Shown piece after piece: positions 18,015 to 27,565 of a DNA stretch of 64,000 bases. Position numbers and translations under genes: made by a program. Numbering within the stretch: position 1 is the first letter of the stretch; each line of letters opens with the position of its first letter. This stretch comes from an uncultured Nitrososphaerota archaeon. Its GTDB lineage: Archaea > Thermoproteota > Nitrososphaeria > Nitrososphaerales > Gagatemarchaeaceae. The stretch is from NCBI GenBank assembly GCA_963718895.1, contig CAVRAG010000008.1, forward strand, positions 1,344,001 through 1,408,000, in the 5' to 3' direction. Under the pieces are notes generated by a model, which ran no database searches, had not been told where the DNA came from, and worked only from the letters and a program-made list of their open reading frames with translations.

Positions 18015-19112
18015 TTGGGCATACCTGAGAAGATCAAGAAGATAGAGGACGACATACACAGGACGCAGGTAAACAAGAAGACCGAGCACCACATAGGCCT
18101 GCTGAGGGGCAAGCTCGCCAAGCTCAGGCTGGAGCAGGAGGAGCAGCAGGCCAGGCGGACGGGCAGCGCCATAGGCTTCGACGTGAAGAAGTCCGGCGAC
18201 GGGACGGTCGTGCTGATCGGGCTGCCGAGCGTCGGCAAGTCCACCCTGCTCAACGGGCTGACGAATGCAAAGTCAAAGGTGGCGGCGTACGAGTTCACCA
18301 CGCTCGACGTCGTCCCGGGCGTCATGGATTACAAGGGCGCGAGGATACAGGTCCTCGACCTACCCGGGATAATCCAGGGCGCGTCCTCAGGGAGGGGACT
18401 GGGGAAAAGGGTCCTCGCCGTTGCAAGGAACGCTGACCTGGTCCTCTTCATCATCGACGTCTTCCAGCCGGAGGCTAGGAGTCTCCTCGAGAAGGAGCTG
18501 AGGAACACGGGCATCAGGGTGGATGTCGAGCCTCCCAACGTCGTGATAGAACCCTCGACCTCGGGAGGAATCGCCGTCACGAACACGGTCAAGCTGACGA
18601 AGATTAGCGAGCAGCTCGTGAAGGAGATGCTCAGAGTCTACGAGTACAACAGCGCGAGGGTCGTGATCAGGGAGGACATAGACGCCGAGCAGCTCATCGA
18701 CGTCCTTTTGGGGAACCGGATCTACATCCCTTCGCTAACGGTCATGAACAAGATCGACCTCGTCAATGCGGGGTTCACGAACGAGCTTACAGCCAAACTG
18801 CCCTACAGCTTCGTCCCGGTCTCCGCGGAGGCGGGCGTCAACATCGCGGCCCTCAAGGAGGAGATCTACAAGAAGCTGGACTTCGTCAGAATCTACCTGC
18901 GCAGGCGCACGGGCGAGACCGACTTCAAGGAGCCGATGATCGTAAGGAACGGCTCCAGCGTCCTCGAGGTCTGCAACAAGGTCCACAGGAACATAAAGGA
19001 CGAGTTCCGGTATGCCCTGATCTGGGGGAAGAGCGTGAAGTTCGGAGGCCAGAGGGTCGGGATAAACCACAGGCTCATGGATGAGGACGTCCTGACCCTC
19101 GTGACGAAGTAA
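18015..19112 (+). CDS. DRG/Rbg-family OBG GTPase with TGS domain
   Basis: GLPSVGKS, YEFTT, DLPG, NKID, C-terminal TGS; TTG start at 18015. Confidence 0.95.
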   Translation: MGIPEKIKKIEDDIHRTQVNKKTEHHIGLLRGKLAKLRLEQEEQQARRTGSAIGFDVKKSGDGTVVLIGLPSVGKSTLLNGLTNAKSKVAAYEFTTLDVVPGVMDYKGARIQVLDLPGIIQGASSGRGLGKRVLAVARNADLVLFIIDVFQPEARSLLEKELRNTGIRVDVEPPNVVIEPSTSGGIAVTNTVKLTKISEQLVKEMLRVYEYNSARVVIREDIDAEQLIDVLLGNRIYIPSLTVMNKIDLVNAGFTNELTAKLPYSFVPVSAEAGVNIAALKEEIYKKLDFVRIYLRRRTGETDFKEPMIVRNGSSVLEVCNKVHRNIKDEFRYALIWGKSVKFGGQRVGINHRLMDEDVLTLVTK

Positions 19113-19150
19113 CAGCTAGGGATATAACCGGTCCCGGATATCTCGCCTCG

Positions 19151-19591
19151 ATGACGAATGCGACGATCTCGCCCGTCGAGGTCATGAAGGCCCACAGGGT
19201 CATCGCGGTCGTGGGAGCCTCCAAAAACCCAGGGAAGGAAGCCCACACGGTCCCAGCCTACCTGAAGGACCATGGCTTTCGCGTCGTCCCGGTCAATCCT
19301 TCGGCTGACCAGATATTAGGCGAGAAGGCCTTCCCTTCGCTCGCCTCGCTCCCGGACCAGCTGGCCCGAGACGTGGAGGTCGTCGAGGTCTTCAGGCCCA
19401 GCGAGGAACTTCCCCAGGTGGCGAGACAGGTCGTCGAGATGTCGAAGAAGCACGGCAGGAGCTACATCTTCTGGTCGCAGCTAGGGCTCGAGAACGATGA
19501 GGCAAAGGCGATACTGGCCGAGGCTAAGATCCCCTACGTGATGGACGCGTGCATGCGGGTCGTGCACGCCCGCGCGACGGAAGGCGACTGA
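19151..19591 (+). CDS. CoA-binding protein (YccU-like)
   Basis: IAVVGAS.NP, PVNP, VFRP, W.QLG, DACM. Confidence 0.9.
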   Translation: MTNATISPVEVMKAHRVIAVVGASKNPGKEAHTVPAYLKDHGFRVVPVNPSADQILGEKAFPSLASLPDQLARDVEVVEVFRPSEELPQVARQVVEMSKKHGRSYIFWSQLGLENDEAKAILAEAKIPYVMDACMRVVHARATEGD

Positions 19592-19598
19592 CGGTCGG

Positions 19599-19751
19599 TC
19601 ACTTCAGCAGTTCGTAGAGCCTGAAGCGCGCTTCCTCTCCCGGCGTCAGCGTGTAGCCGCAGGTAGCGCACGAGACGGTCTCTTCCTTCCGCTTCAGAGA
19701 GTACCTCCTGCAGCCGGGGCAGCGCATCTGCGACTCCTTCTCGTACGCCAT
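19599..19751 (-). CDS. Small Zn-ribbon protein, 50 aa (not in ORF track)
   Basis: MAYEKESQMRCPGCRRYSLKRKEETVSCATCGYTLTPGEEARFRLYELLK*. Confidence 0.8.
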   Translation of the reverse strand: MAYEKESQMRCPGCRRYSLKRKEETVSCATCGYTLTPGEEARFRLYELLK

Positions 19752-19798
19752 TGGCAATTATTTATCAGCGGGGTTCTTATCTTCTTGGGTGAGCCGCG

Positions 19799-20056
19799 AT
19801 GTGGCAGGTCTACATGGTGAGGTGCAGGACCGGCGAACTCTACACCGGCTGCACCGTCGACCTCAAGAGGAGGGTCGATCAGCACAACGGCGGCTCTGCT
19901 TCGAAGTTCACGAGGAGCCGCAGGCCCGTCGTCCTGGTCTACCACGAAGAGTGCGGGAGCAGGTCGTCGGCACTCAAGAGGGAGAACCAGATCAAGCGGA
20001 TGACCCGCGGCCAGAAGATGGGCCTCGTTCAGACCGCCTCGGCGACGAGAGCATAG
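19799..20056 (+). CDS. GIY-YIG nuclease family protein (UPF0213-like)
   Basis: VYMVRC...LYTG.T.DL.RR..QHN.G, SKFTR, ALKRE..IK. Confidence 0.9.
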   Translation: MWQVYMVRCRTGELYTGCTVDLKRRVDQHNGGSASKFTRSRRPVVLVYHEECGSRSSALKRENQIKRMTRGQKMGLVQTASATRA

Positions 20057-20805
20057 CTCGGGCTCTCCGGGCTGAAGGCGCCCTTGGTGAGAAGGGAGTC
20101 GTAGAGACCGGAGAGGCTCCAACCGGTCTTCTGTAGCATCGAGATGACCTCGTGGGGTGAGTAGACCCTGATGTCTGTGGGGAACTCCCCGGCGAACCTG
20201 AGGGCTTCCCCGACCCTCAGGAAGAACCTCCAGGACCCCTTCTCCCGTGACCTCTTCACGTCGAACGAGTACCGGTCGAGCACCAGCAGCTTCTCGCTCT
20301 CCTCGAAGACGTTCTGGGCGGGGTGCCTCACGATATAGTCCCTGTTCCTCAATCCGGAGACCACGAACAAGCCTCCCGGCCTCACAACCGCCCTCAGCTG
20401 CCTGAAGAAGGCTTCGTCCTCTTGCTCTGACCCGTAGCCGATGCTCGTGAAGACGTTTATGGCACATTCGAACGAGTCCTTCGCGAACACGGTCAGGTCC
20501 GACATCGAGCCCGTCGTGAGAGAGACCCTGTTCGCCACGCCGAACTTCCTCGCCTTTGCGGCAGCGACGGAGAGGAGGTACGGGGAGAAATCGAGGCCCG
20601 AGACTGTGTAGCCCAGCTGGGCGAGGGGTACGCCGACCCTCCCTATTCCGCAGGGGACGTCGATGATCCTGCACCCGACCAGTCCCCTCTCCTGGAGCAG
20701 GCTAGATATCGCGAGCGCATCCTCCTCCCCCCTCTTCCACATCCCCTCCAGGACGAGCTCGTAGAGCTTCGCGTTCCTCACGAAGACGTTCTTCGCCCAG
20801 TTCAC
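20029..20805 (-). CDS. Class I SAM-dependent methyltransferase
   Basis: IIDVPCGIGR, GLDFS, FTSIGY; GTG start at 20805. Confidence 0.88.
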   Translation of the reverse strand: MNWAKNVFVRNAKLYELVLEGMWKRGEEDALAISSLLQERGLVGCRIIDVPCGIGRVGVPLAQLGYTVSGLDFSPYLLSVAAAKARKFGVANRVSLTTGSMSDLTVFAKDSFECAINVFTSIGYGSEQEDEAFFRQLRAVVRPGGLFVVSGLRNRDYIVRHPAQNVFEESEKLLVLDRYSFDVKRSREKGSWRFFLRVGEALRFAGEFPTDIRVYSPHEVISMLQKTGWSLSGLYDSLLTKGAFSPESPSYALVAEAV

Positions 20806-20972
20806 GCAGGCGCGACGGGAATCCGGGTAGAAAAACCTGGGCCGAGACGCATTCTGGGACGTCACCATCACAGCGGAAGCTGCGTAGTCTAGCTCCGGGA
20901 GAATCTTCCCTGATAAACTGCTGAAAGAATCTTCATCTTCCCTTATCAATTTCAGAGCATCACTTTACACCT

Positions 20973-21230
20973 ATGGACAGCCAAAGCAGGATAGAGACTC
21001 TGGTCGCCGTCCTACTTGCCACCAAGAACGGGGCCACCAGGACGAGGGTAATGTACGAGAGGGGGCTCACATCAACCCAGGCGCATGAGTATCTTTCCTT
21101 CCTGCAACTCTCTGACCTTGTGCGCGAGGAGGAGGGAACCCGGCTCTTCAGGCCCACCGAGAAGGGAAGGAGCGTTCTGGACGACTACGATCGTATCAGC
21201 CACGAGATCGAGTGGAGCATCACCGCCTAG
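20973..21230 (+). CDS. Small archaeal winged-helix transcriptional regulator
   Basis: TRVMY...L.....EYL.FL...L......F.PTEKG pattern. Confidence 0.82.
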   Translation: MDSQSRIETLVAVLLATKNGATRTRVMYERGLTSTQAHEYLSFLQLSDLVREEEGTRLFRPTEKGRSVLDDYDRISHEIEWSITA

Positions 21231-21361
21231 TCTGGCTCTCGGACCTCAGGTCCGCCACCAGCCAGGGGGCCGGTCGCTTGATCGGGTCCTGCGCGGCCGC
21301 GTTCGGCCAGAGTCGCCGGGGACGAGTAGACAAATATCCCGGGTTGTTTCATCCGGGGCCC

Positions 21362-22087
21362 ATGGCCGTAGATGCGGCGGAGCTGAGAAGGTTAACCGAC
21401 GAATTCAAGAACTCGCCCGGGTTCAGGGTTCATAGCGATATCAACAACGACAAGAGGAACCTTCGCATAGTTTCGAGGAACCGAGACGAGCTGGTGCTGT
21501 CGATCGCCTCCCTGCAGAGGCAGCTCGCCGCGACTCCCACGCCGGGGTCGAGTGAGAGCCCGTCGCTGGCGCTCGCCCTCGAGGAACTCGCCCGGAGGCT
21601 CGAGAGCTTCACTTCGTCGGCCTACGACCTGCTCGACTACACCAGAAGGCACTCCCGGAAGCTGTACGGGCAGACGGAACTTGGGAAGGAGGTGCAGTCG
21701 GAGATCGACAGGCGGTTCATCTATGGACAGGACTTCAAACTGGCGCAGGGCCTACGCAGCATATCGGCTCATGTCGGGACTCTCCAGGCGTCGTTGAACC
21801 CCGCACAGAGCGGGGAGAAGGAACAGAACGCGCCGTTCAAGGTGCAAGCGAAGGAGCTTCTTGGCTGGGACGAGTGGAACGACAATCAGCGCAAGCTACT
21901 GGAGTCCATGAAAGACGGAGTCGAGATACAGGAGCTTGCAGAGCGGTACTTCAGGAAGATGGAAGAGTTCTATGCGTGGCTCTGGAAGAATGAGAGCGAA
22001 GCGCACTCCGAGGAGCTCGCCGAGGCCGAGAGGCTCAGGCTCCGCGCCAAGGAGGCGTACGACAGGTTGTTCCCACCGGCGACCTAG
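21362..22087 (+). CDS. Helical protein with HEPN-like RxxxxH motif
   Basis: RRLESFTSSAYDLLDYTRR ... LRSISAH; ATG at 21362. Confidence 0.65.
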   Translation: MAVDAAELRRLTDEFKNSPGFRVHSDINNDKRNLRIVSRNRDELVLSIASLQRQLAATPTPGSSESPSLALALEELARRLESFTSSAYDLLDYTRRHSRKLYGQTELGKEVQSEIDRRFIYGQDFKLAQGLRSISAHVGTLQASLNPAQSGEKEQNAPFKVQAKELLGWDEWNDNQRKLLESMKDGVEIQELAERYFRKMEEFYAWLWKNESEAHSEELAEAERLRLRAKEAYDRLFPPAT

Positions 22088-22680
22088 GCGACTCTCTGGA
22101 CCGAGGTCACGGAGGAGAGCCACGCCCGGCCTCCGTCCCCGTGAAACTTGCTCTCGAACCTCGCTTCCCTGATCCAGTCGATCCTCCATCCCTCCTCGAA
22201 CGACGTCCTGATCTCTGCCCTGGAGACGCGCCTTGGCCCTCCCCAACCCTCTGGCTCTTCGTCGCTGAAGCAGAGCATCAGGTATCTCCCGCCCTCAGTC
22301 AGCGCCGAACCCAGGCTTCTCACAAATGTGACGCGCTGGCGGTCTGTGAAGGTGTGGAAGAGACCCGAGTCGGTTATCGTATCAAACCTCCTCTTAATCT
22401 CCTCCAGATGGAGGGCGTCCCTAACCTCGAAGATCACAGCGGCCCCCCTCTCCGAGGCCTTCCTCTTCGCCTTCTCAATGGCGAGGGGGGCCGTATCCAC
22501 TCCCCAGACCTTCAGCCCCCGGGTCGCGAAGAGGATCGCGTTCTCGCCGGTGCCGCAGCCGACGTCCAGGACCCTTCCCCGGATTTCTCCATTCTCCGCA
22601 AGTCTGACGAACTCTGCCTGCGGATGGCCGATGTCCCACGGCGGGGAGCCCTTGTAGGACTCGTTGAAGGAAGCTGCCAT
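22084..22680 (-). CDS. Class I SAM-dependent methyltransferase
   Basis: PPWDIG.PQ, VLDVGCGTG, DSGLFH. Confidence 0.9.
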   Translation of the reverse strand: MAASFNESYKGSPPWDIGHPQAEFVRLAENGEIRGRVLDVGCGTGENAILFATRGLKVWGVDTAPLAIEKAKRKASERGAAVIFEVRDALHLEEIKRRFDTITDSGLFHTFTDRQRVTFVRSLGSALTEGGRYLMLCFSDEEPEGWGGPRRVSRAEIRTSFEEGWRIDWIREARFESKFHGDGGRAWLSSVTSVQRVA

Positions 22681-22698
22681 GTCGCTCGGTCAGTCCAC

Positions 22699-23465
22699 TC
22701 AGTCCATGAGGCGCCCGCCGGCTACGTTGATCGTCTCCCCGGTGATGAATGACGAGCCCTCTGCGCTCAGGAAGAGAACGGCGTTCGCTATGTCGTCGGG
22801 GGTCGCGAGGCGCGGAATCACGTTCATCCTCGCAAGTTCCTCCTTCTTTCCCTCGAGCTTCAGGTCCCTCAGCATGTCGGTGTCAGCGAACGAGGGAGCG
22901 ACCGCGTTGACGTTGATCCCGCACGAAGCGAACTCACGGGCGAGCTGGCGAGCCATGACGATGAGGCCTCCCTTTGAGACGCTGTAGTGCAACCCCGTCG
23001 CCACTCCTCCCATCTTGCCGGAGAGACTGCCCATCATCACGACCTTCCCCCTTATCTTCTTCCTGATCATTAGCGATATGACTCTCTGGGAGACGAGGAA
23101 GGCTCCCTTCAGGTTGACGGACATCACTCGATCCCACTCCTCCTCGGAGATGTCCAGGGATCCTGTGGGGAGCGCGATGCCTGCGTTGTTGACGAGTATG
23201 TCCACGCACTGGAGCTCTCTCTCTATCGAGTCCACCATCTCCCGAACCTCGGAGGCCCTCGTGACGTCCGCGCGATACGACCTGCTGTGCGGAGAGAACT
23301 CCATGATTTTCTTGAGCGCCGTCCGGAGGTTCTCCTCCGAGACGTCGTTGACCGCGAGGACCGCTCCTTCCTTGGCGAAGGCCGTAGCGACGGAGAGGCC
23401 GATCCCCTCGCGGCTCCGGTAACGAGGACGACCCTCCCCTCAAAACGTCTGCACTGCGAGTCCAT
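22699..23465 (-). pseudogene. FabG-like SDR oxidoreductase with a one-base frameshift at about 23404 (possibly an artefact)
   Basis: VLVTGAARG continues as IGLSVATAFAKEG in another frame; NNAG, YSVSK, NAVAP motifs intact. Confidence 0.82.
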
Positions 23466-23560
23466 GCTGCGGACGGATAGTGGAGGGCGCCGAGATTTAA
23501 GCAGTCAGAGGAGACTTGGGGGCGAAGAGTTTTGTAGAGGCCGGAGCGGTTCCATATCGC

Positions 23561-24253
23561 ATGGCACGGCTGGTTGCTAGTCATGGAATACACGAAATCC
23601 CGGGCATGGGATTCTCCAACGCGTACCTTGTGGAGACCGACCAGCAGGGCCTCGTCCTCATAGACACCGGGACGCCCGGCAAGGCGACCAAGGTGACGGC
23701 GTATCTGGCAAGTATTGGGAAGAAGCCGGAAGACATCTCTTACATCGTCCTTACCCATCCGGATGCCGACCATTCCGGAAGCGCCGCCGAGCTGAAGAGG
23801 GTCACAGGCGCGAAGCTGGCCATAGGCGAGCTCGACGCTCCCAGGCTCTCAGGAGAAAAGAAGCTCAAGGAGACCAGTGGCATGGCGAGCCTCACTATAG
23901 GTCTCTTCGGGGCGTTCATGAGGGTCGAGCGGGTGAAGCCCGATGTGGTGCTGAAGGATGGGGCGATGGTGGGTCCGCTCTCCATCATCCACACGCCGGG
24001 GCACACCGACGGGAGCATCTCGCTCTACGAGCAGAACGATGCGATATTCGTGGGGGACCTGCTCAGGACCGACGGCTCGGGGAATCTGAGGCTCTCCTCT
24101 GCGTCGATGAGCAGGGACATGGACGAGTCGAGACGTTCCGTCGAGAGGATATCAAGACTGGAGTTCGCGATGCTCCTGCCCGGGCACGGGAAGCCGGTAG
24201 AGGAGGGCGCATCGGCCAAGCTGAAGGCCTTCGTCGCCAACGGCTTCAAGTGA
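23561..24253 (+). CDS. MBL-fold metallo-hydrolase
   Basis: IDTG, THPDADHSG, HTPGHT.GS, GD, PGHG. Confidence 0.9.
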   Translation: MARLVASHGIHEIPGMGFSNAYLVETDQQGLVLIDTGTPGKATKVTAYLASIGKKPEDISYIVLTHPDADHSGSAAELKRVTGAKLAIGELDAPRLSGEKKLKETSGMASLTIGLFGAFMRVERVKPDVVLKDGAMVGPLSIIHTPGHTDGSISLYEQNDAIFVGDLLRTDGSGNLRLSSASMSRDMDESRRSVERISRLEFAMLLPGHGKPVEEGASAKLKAFVANGFK

Positions 24254-24300
24254 TCGACGGCGTCAATCTTAAAATCCCGACCCAGTCCCTTGGTCGAGCG

Positions 24301-24519
24301 ATGTCGGGCCGGATCAGGATCATCGTCATCTTCGCGGCTGGCATGGTCCTCGCCTTTGTCTGGGGTCTCTACTACGTCATCCTCACACAGGTTGGCTTTG
24401 ACCTCGACATCACCTTGGCGTTCTTGGTCCCGACGATCGCTGTGATAGCGGCAGCGGTCGGGATGGAGCTGTATCTCCGCCGCGGACGCGCCAGATCGCG
24501 CGGACAGCCTGGCGCGTGA
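24301..24519 (+). CDS. Small two-TM membrane protein
   Basis: Two hydrophobic helices with basic C-terminus; TTAAAA about 28 nt upstream. Confidence 0.65.
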   Translation: MSGRIRIIVIFAAGMVLAFVWGLYYVILTQVGFDLDITLAFLVPTIAVIAAAVGMELYLRRGRARSRGQPGA

Positions 24520-24570
24520 CGACCGGCGCGCGGTCTTCCTGACGTCCTGCAGGCGCGGGGTGCGGGTTCG

Positions 24571-25407
24571 CTATAGGGGATTCCCGCAGACACTACAGAA
24601 CTTCGAGTCCGGCTCGATGGGCGATCCGCAGGACCTACAGAAGTTCTTTTGCGGAGAGGAGTAGACGGGAGGATTTGCCGGGAGGGGTGGTTGCTGGAAC
24701 GGGGGAGTGACGACTCCGTAGCCCGGAACTTCGGTCGCAGCGACCGACGACGGTCCGTAGGTGATGTACGTGTACGTGAGGACCACGGCAATCCATGCGT
24801 CCAAGGGAACAAACAGGAACGCTGATACGATTTGGCCGACCACGGGTGACGCCACCGAGACCGCGGCCACGATGCCATAGACGACCAGTGCGACCGCCCC
24901 CAACACGAGCCCAATGGTGAAGGTGCTCCACTTCTTGTCGCGGCCGAAGGTCTTGCTTGCTGCCATCCCTGCGGTGGCTCCCTTGTCCTCCAGCATTATC
25001 GCGGGAACCGTGTACGCGTACCAGGTCACGAAGATGATTCCGGGGACTATCAGGGCGATGAAGCCCAGAACCACGATGAGGGCTACCAATAGGCCCGCGA
25101 CAAAGAGCGTCCAGAACCGATTGTATGCCTTCCTCAGCGAGTCAGACACAGAGAACTGACCGCCACCAAGGGCGGCTTGGACCATTGACGGGTAAGCTCC
25201 GGCGACCATTATCGAGACCACGACCGAGGCTAGCGACAGGGCCAGTCGGAGCGGGCTCAGCGTGGCCGCGCCGAGTGCGGCGATCAGAAGAGACAGGACC
25301 AGGACTATCCCCTGCGGCACCATGAGTTCTGGTCTCTTCCGGATAAGGTCCACCGACCTCGAGAGGGCGTCTCCTACCCGGATTGGCTTCCCGACCGTGC
25401 CATTCAC
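24571..25407 (-). CDS. Multi-TM membrane protein with Pro-rich linker and C-terminal zinc ribbon
   Basis: Five to six TM segments; FCRSCG...KFCSVCG. Confidence 0.85.
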   Translation of the reverse strand: MNGTVGKPIRVGDALSRSVDLIRKRPELMVPQGIVLVLSLLIAALGAATLSPLRLALSLASVVVSIMVAGAYPSMVQAALGGGQFSVSDSLRKAYNRFWTLFVAGLLVALIVVLGFIALIVPGIIFVTWYAYTVPAIMLEDKGATAGMAASKTFGRDKKWSTFTIGLVLGAVALVVYGIVAAVSVASPVVGQIVSAFLFVPLDAWIAVVLTYTYITYGPSSVAATEVPGYGVVTPPFQQPPLPANPPVYSSPQKNFCRSCGSPIEPDSKFCSVCGNPL

Positions 25408-25554
25408 AACCGGATGGCTGAGTTCGCGATATTTATTTATTCACTGAGGGAATCTTGAAACTCTTGACCCGCAGCGTCCCAGGATTGCCGCGCTCCCGAT
25501 AGCACACTGTCTCTCCTTCCTAGAAGGGATGGCGGCGCGGGACGTGCGAACCTC

Positions 25555-27393
25555 TCAGCGCCTGCCTCTGTGGCGGTGCTTCTTCGGAGGGTTCATCGCA
25601 ACTATGTCGAAGAGTATGCGCCTGTAGTTTATGGTCAGCGACCTGGCAAAGAACGGGCCCTCGATGATCATATCACGAAGGTTGTGCTCGTTCCTCTCGT
25701 ACAGGTCGAACTTCTCAAACGAGAGGCAGTCATCGAGATACGGCCTGAGCTTGAAGACGTAGAGGTCGGCCACCACTTTCTCGGGTATCGGCTCCTTCCC
25801 AGAGGAGAGCAGCAGGTCGTTCAGCGCCTCCCTCGCGGCCTGGTAGTTCTTCCAAGCTTCTTCCACGAACCCGACGAAGATCCCGTTCGCCGTCAGCCTT
25901 GAGGCGTAGGAATCGTCCGAGTCGTTCGCGTACCCCTTGAGGAGATTTGCTTTGACGTTCAGCTCGTTGGACTTGTCGTAGCCATATAGGAACTCACGGG
26001 CGACACCCTCCAGCTCCGTCTTGTAGGCGTGGTTGAGTGAATCTCCGAAAGAGCCACTCGCCAGCAGAAATCTGGCCATGTCGTAGTCGTCGGCAATCAG
26101 AGCGCTGGATATCATGTGCGCGAAGTCCGGGTCATAGGGAATCTCGCTCATCAGCAACCCCTTCCATGTAATCTTGCGTGTCTGGCGGTCTATGGCGCCG
26201 ATCTCGATCAGCCAGTTCTCTGCGAAGGCGACCTCGCGCGGGTCCACTCTCGACATGAACTCGAGCTCCCCGAGCTCGAGACCGTACTTCGACATCAGAA
26301 GGACAAGGTCGAACGGAGTCTCGGTCTCGAGGGCCTTGCGCACGGGTACCGGATCGATCTTCTTGGGAATCTGCGTGTCGGAGACGATCACGGCGCGGCC
26401 CGGCTTGAAGCGGCCGATTCTGCCAATCATCTGCAGCAGCGAGTTGTTATCTATCTTCTTGTAGTGGAGCGATTTCTCCCCGAGCTTATCCTTACCATCG
26501 ATCACCTCGTTGAGGATTAGCACGTTGTCGACGTAGATGTTGACCGAGGAAGCTATGACGTTTGTCGCGAATATCCTCAAGTTCTTGTCTCGCTCAGCTC
26601 TCTCCTGGATCCTGTTGATCTCCGAGCCTACCAGACCTCCGTGGATGAACGTCCCCCTGTAGCTCCCGGCGTACTTCTCGACGAGGCGCCGGGTCGGCAG
26701 GAAGACCAGCCAGGACTCGTCCGGGGGTTGCTGGAAGAGGTAGAGCGACAGGATTCTCTGCATCTCCTCGAAGTCCTTCGCGAGCTCCACCTCCAGTGAG
26801 ACGGGGTATCTGCGGCCGCTCAGCGTGTAGAGCTTGGAGATTCCCAGGAACGTGAGGAACTCCTTCGGGTCGATCGTGGCGCTCATGACCCTGAAGAGGT
26901 TCCGCGCCCTGGCCTCCTCCCTCTTGGCGAGGGACATGCACAGCTCCAGCTGGGAGGACATCTGGTGGCTCTCGTCGAAGTAGATCGAGGATTCGAAGAT
27001 CGAGTCCTCTGCGAGCATCCGGAGCAGGACGCCGTCGGTGACTATCTTGATCCGCCCGTCGATGTTGATCTTGGTATCCTTGGTGATCACCGCCAGCTCT
27101 TCCTTCACTTCGGGATGGAGTGCCTGGAGTGAATAGTAGAGGGCGTTGCACGCGGCCCTCGACGGCTCGCGGATGACGATCTGTCTGGCCCTCTTGTAGA
27201 CCTCGAACTCGTGGATGGGTGTCACTGTGCTCTTTCCCGTCCCGACGTCGCCGACGATCACGAAGTGGTCCCTGAAGTCTATGGAATCGATGATGGAGAA
27301 GATCGGCAGGTTCGGCTTCATCCCCTCCTTGGCCGGCCCGCCGACGAAGGCTGGCTTCAGAGAGGGGCGGATGCCTGGTTCTTCGCTAGCCAA
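25555..27393 (-). CDS. HrpA/HrpB-like DEAH-box (SF2) helicase
   Basis: GDVGTGKST, EPSRAA, TDGVLLR, DESH, SAT, FLPT, ATNVIASSVNI, QMIGRIGR, then a WH/HA2-like segment. Confidence 0.88.
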   Translation of the reverse strand: MASEEPGIRPSLKPAFVGGPAKEGMKPNLPIFSIIDSIDFRDHFVIVGDVGTGKSTVTPIHEFEVYKRARQIVIREPSRAACNALYYSLQALHPEVKEELAVITKDTKINIDGRIKIVTDGVLLRMLAEDSIFESSIYFDESHQMSSQLELCMSLAKREEARARNLFRVMSATIDPKEFLTFLGISKLYTLSGRRYPVSLEVELAKDFEEMQRILSLYLFQQPPDESWLVFLPTRRLVEKYAGSYRGTFIHGGLVGSEINRIQERAERDKNLRIFATNVIASSVNIYVDNVLILNEVIDGKDKLGEKSLHYKKIDNNSLLQMIGRIGRFKPGRAVIVSDTQIPKKIDPVPVRKALETETPFDLVLLMSKYGLELGELEFMSRVDPREVAFAENWLIEIGAIDRQTRKITWKGLLMSEIPYDPDFAHMISSALIADDYDMARFLLASGSFGDSLNHAYKTELEGVAREFLYGYDKSNELNVKANLLKGYANDSDDSYASRLTANGIFVGFVEEAWKNYQAAREALNDLLLSSGKEPIPEKVVADLYVFKLRPYLDDCLSFEKFDLYERNEHNLRDMIIEGPFFARSLTINYRRILFDIVAMNPPKKHRHRGRR

Positions 27394-27565
27394 TCTGAGC
27401 CTCGGGTCCTCCTGGAGAATCGTCGAAAGGGGGAGAGATAAACCAGTCTATGGTGAATCATTGCTCGTCCGGAGATTCTGACATATCCTCACAGCCCAAG
27501 GCGGGGGAGGAACGAGGAGACCCTGAGCCCTATCGCGCCGGCATCGAAGGGAGAGATACGACGCC

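Noticed and set aside
19799-20056. GIY-YIG as a homing endonuclease or mobile intron
   Set aside because: 85-aa stand-alone UPF0213-type domain with no DNA-binding extension and no interrupted host gene
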